Below are positions 20,503-33,381 of a stretch of 64,000 nucleotides of DNA, piece after piece. The stretch covers positions 744,001-808,000 of the forward strand of contig BQFW01000013.1 of the NCBI GenBank assembly GCA_020891255.1, in the 5' to 3' direction. Position numbers and translations under genes: made by a program. Below the pieces are notes generated by a model. That model was not told where the DNA came from, searched no databases, and saw only the letters and a program-made list of their open reading frames with translations. The first letter of the stretch is position 1; each line of letters begins with the position of its first letter. The stretch is from Entomortierella parvispora E1425 (taxonomy: Eukaryota > Fungi > Mortierellomycota).

Positions 20503-23500
20503 ATGGTGCTCCCCGTTCTTCGCGTATGTTTTGTCTTTTTTTTTTTTGTTTTCTTGTACGACGATTGACAAAACAAGAGAGCGTGTTTTACTCAATGGTC
20601 TGTTTTCTTTGTTAGCCCATGACGATCGCCGCCGCAACTGGTCTCGTTGCCGGTGGTGTCTTTACTTCCTTCGCAACCGTTTGCGCCGACGAGACCAACG
20701 TAAGGACTTGGACTTTTTACACAGTCTTTCTTTTCTTTCTTTTTTTTTTTGTTCTTGCGGCAGCAAATTGACATACTCATCCTACTTTGTGTTTCCACAA
20801 ATATCCAGGGAGAGGAGAAGAAGTCTGGATTTGACCACGATCATCGCACCAGTCATTATCCTCACGTCGAAAGCAGGACGCGCGCTACTGGCCTCAGCAG
20901 TGATCACCGTGGCACCGGTCTTGGCAGCCACTACCGCACCTCCAGCGCAAGATCTTCTCAGCGCACCACCACCCGTTCAAATGGGGAAGAGCTCATGCCT
21001 GGATTGGTCTACGTCGCTCTCGCTGGCTTAACCGGTTCCTTTATTGCCAGTCGTCAGGGTAGGTGAAGGAAATCAAAGGCAAAGGACATCGCCTGACAGT
21101 AGGGTGAGGGAGATAAGCCACTGCAAGCGACACTCCTCGACTGATCATTGATCTCGTTTTTTGTATATATCCAGGCGCACTTATGAAGACCCTTTCTCCA
21201 GTCGCTTTTGCCTCTGCCGCCGGCTACTACTTCCTGCCCCAGACTACCCGCGGCTTACTCGGTGTTGATTCCAACACCTATGACAAGTGGGCCCACCCCA
21301 GCTCGAACAAATACGCCTCGTCGTCGTACACCACCTCTTCCTCTTCCTCTGCCCTTCCAAGAAGCGAGTTGGCGTCCAAGGCGCGTGAGGCCTGGCACAC
21401 AGCCGAGGTTAAGGTCGATCGATTGGATGAAAAGATTGACCAGTCAGCCAAGGAGGCCAAGGGCTGGGTCGAGGACAAGTCTCGCTTGATTGAGAAGACC
21501 GTGTCCGCGTCCGCCAAGGAGGCCGATTCGTGGTGGAAGGCTCAAGGCGCCTCGTCCTCAGGCCTTCATGACAAGTCCGAGACCCAGCAGACCTGGTTCC
21601 ATCACAAGGGCGATGGAGCTCCCGCCGAGACTTACCATCCTTCAGAGCACAAGCACTGGTGGTCCAGTCGCTCCAAAGCGTCTGGCATTGCTGGCGTCGG
21701 TCTTGGTGCCAGTCTTGGTGTTGGTTTGGAGGAGCCTGACCACTGGAGCAACGGCGAAGAGCAAGGCACCGCCAAGATCCGTGAAACCAGTGGCAGAAGC
21801 TACTGGTTCGGTGGCCGCGGCTACACTGATGACCTCTTGGACAACAAGGATGTCGATCGCTGGTCTTCTACCGAGGAGGAGATCGGAACCGCCCATCTGG
21901 ACGAGACCCGCTATGCCAATTTGCACCACCACCGTCATTGGGACCCCCGCGATCTCCATCGCGAGGCCGAGTACTGGACCAATGGTGAAGAGATGTCCAA
22001 TGCTGATGTCCGTGATCCCAGCTACTACAACTGGGCTGGAGGAATTGGTAGCTCTCTTAGTCGCACTTCCTGGTGGGATAGACGCTCCAGATCTTCAGGA
22101 TTGGACTTTGAGGGTGGCTTGAGAGATCCTGCAGAGTCTCTTGCTTGGGAGGCCAAGCAGGCCGCTGACAAAGCCGCGGCCGATCTCGCCAACCAGCTTG
22201 CCTTGGAACAGTCCGAGCTCGAGAAGAAGGCTGCCAATGCCAGAGCCCGCGCTGAGGCTGCTGCCCGTCAGGCCAAGGCTTCCAGCGAGGCCTTGATCCG
22301 TGAACGTCAAATCTCCATGGAGAAGAGTGCCAGAGAGATGGAGCAGCGTTTGCTCATGGAGCGCGAGGCTGCTGACCGCGCTGCCGCCGACATTAAGGCA
22401 CGTGCCCAGGCTTGGGAGCTCGAGCAACGTAACCTTGCTGAGAGAGCTGCCAAGGAAGTCAACGACCGCGTCTTGCGCGAGAAGGCCGCTGCTGAGGCCG
22501 ACGCTGCCCAGATCAAAGCCAAGGCTGAAGCCTGGGCTCGCGAGCAAAAGGAGAAGGCCGATCTTGCCGCCAAGGAGATCCACGAGCGTGTCCTTCGCGA
22601 GACCGCTGCTGCTGAGAGGAGCGCCTTGGAGGCAAAGGCTGCCATGGAGGCCCGTCTTCGCGAGGAAAAGATCAGTATTGAGAGAACCGCCCGTGATTTG
22701 GAGGAGCGTATTCACATCGAGAAGGCCAAGGAGGACTCTGCTGAGAAGGCCGAGGCTGCTGCTTTGGCAGCCAAGAACCGCGCCGAGTCATTGTTGATCG
22801 AGAAGAAGCGATCTGCAGAACAGAGTGCCAAGGAGATGGCCGATGTCGTTGCTCGCGAGAGCACTGCTAAGATTGAGCGTGACGCGCGTCTTCGTGCCCA
22901 GATGGATGGTTTGAAGAGCGAGCTTCATGATACCGCGCGAGCTGCCTCTGCTTCATCTGGCAACTGGAGCTTCCCTTGGGGATCCTCGCGATCCGAGACT
23001 ACGACCTCGACCACGCACACCCACGACCACAGCCATGACGGGTTCGACAGCACTGGACAGCTTTTGGAACACATCGTTGAGGATATCAAGCAGACTAAGG
23101 AGGATATTCAGGAGGGTCTGGGACACTTGAAGGATGCTGTCCTTGGAGCTGAGTCCAACGCCTCTGAGGCCAGCTCAAGAGTGCGCGAGGCTGCTCGCAC
23201 CGCTGCTCGTGATGCTGCCAACGCCGCCTCTACTGAGCGCCGAAGCTGGTGGTCCTCTGGATCTGACTTGAGCTCAAAGGCTACTGAGGTTGGACGCAAT
23301 GTCGAGGCAACTGCTGCTAAGGCTGAGCGCGATGTCAAGGACCGTGCCGATACTGTCGGAAAGAGCTTGAGCGATACTGCCCAGAAGGCATACCACAATG
23401 TCATTGATGCCGCCACCACTGGTGAGGGCCAGTCTCTCCATGGCGGCCATAATCACGGTGCTGCCTCAAGACATAGCTTCTTCGATCACATTCGCGACGA

Positions 23501-23924
23501 CCTCCATCAAGTCAAGAAGGACTTTGAGGAAACTGTCTCTGGTGCCGAGCATGCTGCCAACAAGGCCTCTGCCAACGTTCAACAGGCTGCTGATGAGGGC
23601 AAGAAATGGTGGAACACCAAGTCAACCTCTATTTCGAACGACATTGACAGAGCTACCTCAGATGCTCAAGCCAAGATCGACAAGGCTGCAAAGGAAACCA
23701 AGTACTGGTGGAGTTCCAAAACCCACGAGGCAGAGAAGACGGCCAACCGTCTTGACAGTGAGCTTCGCGCAGGTTTGAACAAGGCCGGTGACAAGATTCG
23801 GGAGATGGACCGTGGATTGGACGAAACCTTGAATGGTATGGCCGGTCGCGAGGCTTCGGATGACTACTGGTTCCATGCTGAACAGAACCGTCAACAGAGC
23901 CGTGGTTCAGGACGTGCCATGTAA
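20503..23924 (+). CDS. About 1034-aa protein: Mic26/Mic27 (ApoO)-like membrane hairpin plus long Trp-repeat/coiled-coil/LEA-like tail; exons 20503..20523, 20616..20699, 20809..21058, 21175..23924
   Basis: All three introns are GT-AG and phase-consistent. The spliced segment EELMPGLVYVALAGLTGSFIASRQGALMKTLSPVAFASAAGYYFLPQTTR resembles the fungal ApoO/MICOS double hydrophobic segment (recognised by eye). Strongly biased, highly expressed-type codon usage runs throughout the 913-codon last ORF. Confidence 0.8.
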
Positions 23925-24962
23925 TTGAGTCGATTGAAACGCGGAAAGAATAGATCCTCATTCAAAATAGTTCCTTTTTGCTTCAATAAAGTTGGATTTC
24001 AACATTGTCCGCCTTATTCAGTTTTCCGGACATCATCGTTATCGTCATTGCCGTGGACCTTTTTGTTCTTAACCGTTTCATAGGACAAGGTTATTCCGGT
24101 GACTGGTTCATGTTTGATCCGGGCAGATCTTTGCATCGTCATCCCGGGGATTGGGAGGGCAGCAACCTTGCACGCGACCCTGAAACCATCTGCTCAATAG
24201 CGTTTTAGCCAACAAGCATGCAGGTTTTCGCCCACGTTTTCCCGGGGTTTGTTTGCAGAGATGCACCAGCGCAGGCCCCACCCGGAATTGAGTTTTTCAA
24301 AATGGCCAATGACCCCAAAGTCGACCGGGTTTATTTTGAGACTGTTTTTCTGAACATCTTCTCGATGGAAGGATCGTCCTTGAACTTTAATTCCCCAGGA
24401 ATCCTCGGTTTTCCCAAGAACACTTTGCTCTCATCTTTTGAGGTCTTCATATTATTCATTCATTTCATTCATTCATTCACACGCACAAAAAAAAAGAAGG
24501 AAAACCTTCATGCCCTCGTGGCCGTTTAGCCCCGCAGTAGCAACGCTAAATCCTTGAGAAAGACAGAGATCCCATGATGCCCGGATCTGATGATGCCATC
24601 GAAGGAAAGAGAGCGTGGCACAAGACCCCATGACCTCCTCCCTCCGCCAAGATCCGGCACTAATTCTCCCGATTTGTCAATACCGACGATTCCTTATCCT
24701 TTCCTCTAAAAAGATCTCGACTTGTTTTTACTTGTTACTTTTACTTTTTAAATACTTTTTACTTTTATCCAAGAGCAAACAAGTCGCGCTTTTCGTTCCC
24801 GCGGGGTCGATGACTACTAGGCCTGCCCTATCTTTTGCTCACTGGCTTGTGAGATTCGCGTACATCGCAAGGACAGGTTTTCACTCAAAACGTGCAAAAA
24901 AAAAAAAAAGATCATAAGCACTTTATAAACATTGAGTTTCCTATACTACAGCTCCCCCAAGT

Positions 24963-26394
24963 TTAAACAATGGAGACAATCTTCCATCCCAACTGCTTGC
25001 CAGCCATGAAAGGAATAACGTCGCCAAACTCGCTGCCCTGAACGGAGGAATCACCGAACGAGTACTTGGCGGGGGTGTTCCAGTTCTCTCTGGCCAAAGT
25101 CACAGTACCCTTCCACTTCTCGTCCTTGACCTCGTAGAAAGCGCGTCCGAAATCGCAGGCGAATCCCTGAAGACGGTCCAAAGCACCGTACGACTCGAGA
25201 ATCGTGGCCAAGTAAGGCAAGACCAAAGGAGTCGTGAAAACGCCGGCACACGAATCAGGTCCCTCCTTCTTGTGAGAGGGGTGAGGGGCAGAGTCGGTTC
25301 CGAGGAAGAAACGGGGGTGTCCTAGGAGGGAAAAAAAAAAAAAAAAAAAAAAAGTTAGAAATCATTGAGAAAAAGTGTACGCATCTGTGTCCTGCAATTC
25401 AAAGGAATTGTTCCTATCAGAAAGAAATCCCCTCAAATCTTACCCTCCTGAACGACCTTGCGAAGGGCAGCGCGATCGCTAGGGAACTTGGCGACGGGCT
25501 TGCAGAAGTTGTGGCACTTGCCAGCCCAGTCATCGACGATCAACTGCAAATGGTGAACGGTGATGGTGCATCCGACAGTGTCACCCAAGGACTTGACCAT
25601 GTTCACAGCAGCCTCCGTGGTGGCGTGCTCGAGAATAATCTTCAGCTTGGGGAAGGCCAAGTGAATCTCCTTGAGATGGCTCAGGAACTTCTCCTCGGCA
25701 TTCATGACACAGATGTTCTTCTCGGCATCCGAGGGAACCTCTCCGTGCAAGTTCAAGACCATGCCGGTCTCCTCCATGGCCTTGAAGACGGGGTAGTAGA
25801 CATCGTAGCTCTCGATTCCAGACTCACTGTTGGTGGTGACTCCGCGAGGGTAGGACTTGACACCTAGGGGAAAAGAGGTGGAAAACATTAGAAAATTTCC
25901 CGAAGAGTTATTTGTCCTCGGCAGACTCAAATTCTATCATTTCATCGCAGTATCTCAGAGACTAGACATTACCACGAACGCCGGCCTTGGCAGCCTTTCT
26001 GATCTCATCTGGGGTCAAGTCGGGGTTGAGGTACAAGGACATGTAGAAGGTGACATTAGGCGCCAACTGCTCCAACTGGGCCTTGTAGGCCAAAGCCATC
26101 TCAGTGTTGGCGATGGTAGGCTGCAGGTTGGGCTACAAGATGCAAATCAAAGAAATCCAAGGTTTGTGAGTAAGCCATCCCTCGCAAGCCTTCCATGTCT
26201 CTGTTGAAAGCCTCTGGTGGACAAAAAAGCGCTGCTGGGGTTTGGCTCCATCTCGGGATTCTTGGTCCATTTACCATGACGTAGCAGATCGAGACACCAC
26301 CCTCGGCGACGGCAGGCGTGACCATGTTCATGAGCACACCCTGACGAAGGTGGATGTGCATGTCAGCAGCGGTGGGGATAGTGATGGTGTCCAT
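24963..26394 (-). CDS. URA4: Dihydroorotase, homodimeric type, multi-exon
   Basis: MDTITIPTAADMHIHLRQG (metal HxH), YVM-PNLQP, GVKSYPRGVTTNS, LNLHGE, ILEHATT, FCKPVAK, FFLGTDSAPH. Confidence 0.97.
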
Positions 26395-26508
26395 GATTGC
26401 TTGATTCCTGTGTTTCGACTGGAGCTTGGGTGAAGAAGAAGAGTGGACGAGCTGATCAGTCGGGGACCATGCCATCCCCATTCTTTCGGGGAGAAAAAAA
26501 AAAGTCCG

Positions 26509-26516
26509 CACGTGAC
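26509..26516 (-). promoter_or_regulatory. RTCACGTG element upstream of URA4
   Basis: AGTCACGTG on the sense strand, 115 nt upstream of the ATG. Confidence 0.55.
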
Positions 26517-29500
26517 TTGTTCCCTCTGAATGTGGGGAACGCAGAAGACTGGGACGCGATCTCCTACGGATCAGAAAGGCCTTCGCGAGGATCGCTTGGG
26601 GTCTTGTCCTTGGTGGACTAGCCTTGCCATGTCGAAACGAGGCGGAAAAAAGGCTGCGCTTAGTCCTTTTTGCTCGGAAGGTCCATCCGGGATTATTCTC
26701 CTCCGTGGAAGTTATGTTTTTTGTTGTGGTTGTGCGATTGTGCAATTAACCTTTTCGTCTTTTCTTTTTTTATCTGAACAACAATAGCAAGTACGTCCAC
26801 TCGGGCCGCATGACAGCGTGGCACAAGGAAGGGTGGCAAAAGACAATAGACAGGGGTCAAATAGGATGTCTGGTGGCGCAAGCGAACGACATTGCACAGG
26901 ATGGCCGGGCGGGATAGATTTGGGCGCCGATGGCAACGAGGATTAGATTCAAGAGGCATGCCCAACCACAGACTTGAGGTATTTTGCTGTGACCTCAACA
27001 ATAGAGAACAACGTTCCTTTGCCAAGGATTCTGTGTCCATTCAAAAAAAAAAAAAAATGTGAGCGATAAAAATGTTGACCTTCCACTACCCTAGAAAGCT
27101 GTTTTTCCGAAAACAGAGACTGGATCAGCTGGAATTAGAAAATGAACGAGGCATTTTAATCTCGATGTTGTTGTCATCATCGTTTAACTCCTTCGTTGTT
27201 CTTCCGTTTTTCCTTTGATGTCTCTTCTGTTCAGAAGAAAAGCGAATGTCCTAAACGGTTCCTTCCGACCCTTGAGAGGGGACCGCTAAAAAGAATGTGC
27301 TTCTTCAAAAGTCGATGGACTGTTAAACCGCGAGAACAGAAGGGAGCAAGGGATAGATTTGGCGTGCTAATGTTTGAATGTTTGTGTAATGCGATCTCCC
27401 TTTCGTTCGTTCTTTCATGCTTGCGGTCCAGAGTTCAATAAGTGGGCACTTTTTTTTCGCTACATTTTTTGGACGCAAGAGGTCAAACATCTGGCAGTGC
27501 AATGGTGATTTTGACACGGTCCCGCAGCTGAAATTGCAATTGGAAAACCAAAACGCCAACACAAGTACAAGCGCTGTCCACAGTACGACGGGCCACAGCA
27601 ACAACACCGGTGCCAGAAATAAAACTAGAGAGAAGAGGACTGATCAAGAATAATTTGTCATCGCACAACGGCGTGAAGGAATGCTTTCCATCTAAGAAAA
27701 GACCATGGACATTGTTCCAACGAGACGATGAATGCCGGGAGTGGATAACAAGTGGCAGTGCAAGCAGGGGGTTCGAGGGGCAAATGTGGCCGACTCCCTG
27801 ACCCATCATCGATCAGCTCAAGAAACCGATGTGATACAAACTGTCCACCCTCTTTGCCATCCACGCTTCCGTAGCGATGGCCCGGGATTGGGCAGTTGCA
27901 GAAGCGTTATAATGAGCTGTCCCCCTCTCCAAAACTAGCATGTCAAGGACGCGCAGCAACAGACAGACCTTCTCTGTTTTTGTTGTTCCCTTTTTCTTCA
28001 TTCATGCAGAAGTTGTATTAGGAACAACTGAGTCGACAAGAGGAGGAAAGTGGCAACATAACAAATCGATAACATGACAGAAGAAACGCAAAAATACACG
28101 AACAGGACGCGACAAACATCACGGAGAGCTGGAGGGGGGGACATTTAGCCACCTACAAGCGTGGAAAGGAACACATTTCTCGTGGATCGTGCGGCGCAGT
28201 TTCCGAAACACGATCGTGACAACGAACAATGCCCCTCGCCTCTGCTGCATAAAACACAATTGGCGCCAACGGCGAGAAAAACCCTCCAATGTAGCACGTT
28301 GTCTCTTGATTAGTGAAGAAAGACTGTGCCATTTGTCTCATTGTCCAACGAGAAGCGTCCTGACGGTGACGACGAGGAGCAGCAAAGGCAATGATGGAGG
28401 ACGAGCGATCATGACCAAAAATTAAAGATAAAGTCACGTCAGGGGGGCAAAGTGAGGGAGAGAGAGGGGAACACAATCTACTGGTGGAGCGCGTCAGATC
28501 CCAGAAGAGTACAAGGGTCTGATTCGACAAAGATTGCATGGATCCGAGTGCCAAGCGCGAATTGCTTCCCGAGGCATCGTCTCGTGCTAGAGCCATTGGT
28601 CCGCTGGTCACGGTCCACGGACGCTCCTGCTGCGTCAGGTCAGTGAAAAAAAATGTCTTTCATGGCATGCATGACCAGCAGTCGATGGCTTCTTCTCCAA
28701 TGCACAGCCCAATTTTTCTTGAGTCCTCAGCAAAGGGGGAGGCGAGCAGGGAAAACTGTTCCGACTTTTACCTTTCTCCACGCTTAGTGCTACCAAAGGA
28801 CGCACTAGACCCTTTGATCTTTCTAACGTGGCACTCGCTCTCTTTTTATTTTTTATTCTTTCATTCGCCGGCTCCCGCTCCTTGTGTTTGTGCAATTTTT
28901 TTTTTGAATGATCCTCGTTCCTTGTGTTCACAGCCAAACGGCCAATTGGCCATACTGTTATCTTTATCATCCAAAAATACCCTCTGCTTCTCGGATTGAA
29001 GGTCATCATCATCACGATCGAAAACAAATCCTTAAAAAAAGCGCTGCCTTCCTCCTCCCAAGGTGAGGGAAAAAGACGCGAATAACAATTGCGTCCCTCA
29101 AAGTGAGCTAGAACCACGACTCTCCGTTGCAGCTTTGAGGGCCTCCTCGACTACAAACCCTGCATCACCACCAGCCAACCCAAGTTTCCTAATCAGATCG
29201 ACAATGACGACGAATAAAGCAGCTATGTTTAAGTCTCAGTTTCTGTCCCCTCAGATCTCGAGAAGACTGGATCTGAGACACCTTGGACATTCCTGGACGT
29301 TCTTGCTGGTCTTCAACTCTTTTTCTTTTTTATTTTTTTTAAAAAAAAAATAAAATAACTCTGAATGAAACTGTGGCAACCTGAAGTGTCGATCTTACTC
29401 TTCCCGAGACGGAAATGACTGGACACAATCCACGTTTTAGTGTCAATTCCTGGGCGAAATGGCAGAAGTCGCCAGATGGATATGAGACAGCAAAGGAGGA

Positions 29501-30543
29501 CGTGCTCTTTCTTTGTCCCGTTTTGCCCTTTTCTTGCAGCTAGTCCTACTTGAATGTAGACCAGGGTCATAAGACATGAACGACTGCATGGAAGGAACAA
29601 GCGAGGTTAATGTGGAAGAGAGAGAAGAGCAATTGATCCAAGAACGCGTGGAGGACGTGCAGAATGAGATAACGAACCTGCGTCTCACAGCCATGGGGCG
29701 GTTCGGACAAGTGTCCTAAATAGGCAGCACTAAGGGCCGCCAACTTTCGACCCTCAATTTTCCGAGGTCATTCGGTCGAGATTGTTTTTTTAATTCTTTT
29801 TGCTCAGTTAAAACCGAAGGGAGGGGGTGCAGGGGGCGGGCTGCAGAGCACAAAGACTGTTCTCTTCTTCCACATATCTTTTCCAGAAAGAAAGAAGTCC
29901 ACTTGCGTGCGAGCAGCAGAGGACTCGTGGCAAAAAGTATCTATCAACCTTTTTACAGAGCAAAAAAGGGTGCAAGTGTGTCATTGTCAGCTATTTTCCT
30001 CTCTTTTTTTTTTTTTTTTTTTTATTTTGCGCGAATTTTGTCAGCCAGTGATGTTGTTGATGGGCAGGGTTGGCCTGTGTTGTTATTGTTGCTGCGTGCG
30101 TGCCTGGCCTGTGGCGGTCGAAGAAAAAAAAAAAAAAGAGTGAGCAATCCGTGATTCGATTTCTTCCTTCCAGGCACTGGCACGCAGGTGCAGTGCATGC
30201 TTCTTGTCTCCAGTGGATCGCTGCACTATTATTGTCCAGGATAATTATATCACAGCAAAGGCAAACAAGCAACGGCACGGCACGAGAGAGCGTGACTAAG
30301 AGGAACTTGTTTACTTTACATTTCAATTCTTTGTTATTCTAAAGAATTTAATTGCAAAGTAAAAGTGGGCTGTGAGGGGTGGGAGGGGAACAGAGCAGCG
30401 TGCGTGTAATGATGAACCCTGTTTGTGTGATGGTTCCGTGTCTCCTTCCTCGGCCGTGTTCTTGTCTTGGTCATTGTCCCTGTGCTTCGCTCTCATTGTA
30501 TTGGCGATTACTCTATTTGTCTTGCCCTTGATCTCGCCATGGA

Positions 30544-30551
30544 CATAAATA
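30544..30551 (+). promoter_or_regulatory. Distal TATA-like element (CATAAATA) of the Zn2Cys6 gene
   Basis: Directly followed by a long pyrimidine-rich, ATG-free stretch. Confidence 0.35.
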
Positions 30552-31285
30552 CGGCGGACCTGTCCGCCTTCTCCCTTCTTTTTTTTCATCCTCGTTCATC
30601 ATTATCTTTTGTCAACTCTCGTTCCTCTCGTTCGTTACTCTCCATTGCCTACCGCAGCTACTCCTTCTCTTCTCTTAAACACCCTCTCCTCTCTCTTTTT
30701 TTTTCTTTGCTCGCCCACCTTCTCTCTTCACTCGTACCTCAACCACATCAAAGTTCAGTCACCGCCCGCGCCACCAACTCTTCTTGCAGCTCCCAGCAAT
30801 TGACCATCGTGCTTGATCTCCTGACTCACTCTTCAACGGCACGCTCCCGCTGCTTCGTGTCGCAACTACCGCGCCACACCAAAAAGGACGCCTTCCAAAC
30901 CTCACAGATCCTCGAGTATCTCGAGTTGGTTCCTGACTTCAGCGCTGCCTGACTTGAAACAGTGCCGCCTTGCCGATCCTTTCTTTCTATTTTTCCGTAT
31001 TTTTGTTTTCATCTGCACGGCTCTCGGACTAGACCTTCCATTGTTCTCTCCTTGGTCTTCCACCCTCTCTCCCCATTGCAACTGTCACACCTCCGACGTT
31101 CCTTTTTGGATTTCCAAAACTCCAATTCCCGGCTCAGCCTGTCTTTTGTTGCTCTCAGGCCTTCTTTTTTTCTCTTGTTTGCCTCACCGCCTCGTCTTGC
31201 CCGATCTCCTGTGTCCCGTCTTACTTTGCCACGCAAGAAAAAAAAAGGACATAACCGAACGCCATTGCTCTCTTCCCCTCGAGTT

Positions 31286-31292
31286 TATAAAA
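31286..31292 (+). promoter_or_regulatory. Proximal TATA box (TATAAAA) of the Zn2Cys6 gene
   Basis: Consensus TATA 188 nt upstream of the ATG, followed by a CT-rich tract. Confidence 0.5.
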
Positions 31293-31473
31293 ACGACACC
31301 CACCCCACTCTTTTTCGTTCGCTTTTTTTCTTCTCTACTTCATCTCAACACTCTCCTCATCCCCTTGTCTTCAATACAGCCCGCTTTTTCAAGACGCCAC
31401 CCGAAATCGAACGCGGCAACCAATTGCCTCTTATCCTAAGGAACTTCCTCTCCACCTCCCCTCTTGATCGTTA

Positions 31474-33381
31474 ATGCAGAGCTTTGAGTTCCAAGCTGAC
31501 ACGACCGTCAGCCTTGTCAGCCCGGCGGCCATTAGCCGCAAGAGCTGCGACCATTGCTTCTTGAACCGAAAGACTTGTGACAAGGTCCGTGAGTCTGCTG
31601 ACTCTGGCGAGAAGTGCCGGCGCTGTGCCAAAGACAACCGCCCCTGCACATTCACCCCAACGGTCCATCTCTACCACATTGCAGACTGTGTCGGTCGACA
31701 CCAGTGCCGAGCCAAGGTGGTTCAGGCCATGGGTGGTCGCAAGAAGGAGTTTCAGTTCAAGACGATCGAGATCCCCATTGTCTGCGACATGGACTCGGCC
31801 GTGGACGTGGCCCTCTTTGAATTCATCCAGAAGCAGCCCAACCTTTTGGTCTACAACAACCGCATCAAGTCTTTTTTGGCGCAGGATGTAAGTAGTCTAC
31901 AAAAAGAGAATGGTAGTAACGGTTCTCTTTTTTTTTTTTTTTTTTTGATGTGCAGAAATACAACATCGATCTCTAACATCCTTTTTGGATAATCTTGTAG
32001 ATGCTTGGTGTTTCCCCCGACTATGATGGAAACCAGATCCCGAGCCCCTCTGGCAACTTGAGCTCATCCAACTACGTAAGTTTAGGGCGCAACGCGACAT
32101 GCCAATAAGTACGGTGTAGTTTCTCATCACTAACCTCCTTTTATTGTTTCTATTCATTCTTCAAAGCCTTTGTCGGCCGACGCCATCATCAATGGCTCTG
32201 TTCGCTCCTACCCCGTTGAACAGGGCATGGGCATGAATGGTGCCATGCAAAACTCGCACAGGCACCGTGCCCGTACCGAGCTTGACAGACCTGTTGCTCA
32301 GCATGTGCACCAGCACCAGCACCAGCAGCAGCGATCGCATCCTTACGCTCAACACCAGCGAAGCAACTCGGATGACCGCGGTCGCCATGGCCAGCGCAGC
32401 CCACGCGCTCACCCCGCATCGATGGCTGGACTCTCTAATACCGCCGGTCGTCAGAGTCCCGGCATCAATGTGAACACCGCCATGTACGATCAGAGACGGC
32501 AATCTGACCTGATCTCTCCTAGCGGCCTCGGTGCCATGTTGCAGCAGCAGCAGCAGCAGCAGCAACAACACCCGTATGCCCAGCAGTCTCCTTATCCCCA
32601 GGCCTTACAATTCCAGTCCTCGCAGCCAATGCCCATTGTCAACACCCAGTACAGAGCCGCGAGCCCGTTTCCCCCTAGCCCCGTGGCCCCTAGTCCCATT
32701 GCCAGCAACAGCAGCCCACACCCCCCAAGCCCCCTCGAGTTGGCTATTGGTTTGGGCAGCAGCTTTGGCGGTCAGGGTGCTCAGCAGGGCCTTGTTGGCT
32801 TATTTGACACAACCTTGACCATGTCTTCGTCTGCGCCCCAGCCTTTCCACCAACGCAACCAGAACTTTTCTTCCTCCAGCAACTCCACGTCGTTGGCCTC
32901 CCCCTCCATGGCCTCGGACAATGGCAGCGATGATCTTTCTTCTGCTGCACCCGAGTCGCAGCCTTTGGTGATTACTACGGTCAATGAGGATGGAAACGAG
33001 GTGGGCGTCTATTACGCGGTTCCTCAAGTGAACTTGAACCCCGCTTACCAAGACGCGGATCTCTTCCAAGACTTCACCATGATGGATTCCGTTGGTGAAG
33101 ACTTTGTCTGGATCCAGAATCTTTTTGAAGAAGATGATCAGACTGGAGCCATCTCTGCTGCCGCTGAGGATGCTTTTGTGAAGAAGGAGGTGGACGCTTC
33201 TCCCATGATGGATGGCTTCACTGCCTCTAACATGCCCTCTGCCATCCCCGAGACCGCTTCCATGGCCGATTTTATGTTGAGCCCTTCCCTGCACGGCCAG
33301 CAAGGCCAGGAGTGGGCTAGCCAATACCAGGCCGCGTTCTCCGTTGGAGGAGGTCGCTCTGCCTTGACCCCACAGGGTTAA
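31474..33381 (+). CDS. Zn(II)2Cys6 binuclear-cluster transcription factor, about 567 aa; exons 31474..31887, 32001..32075, 32167..33381
   Basis: RKSCDHCFLNRKTCDKVRESADSGEKCRRCAKDNRPC fits C-x2-C-x6-C-x12-C-x2-C-x6-C. Both introns are phase 0. The C-terminus is Q/H/P/S-rich with acidic-hydrophobic activation-like patches. Confidence 0.9.
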
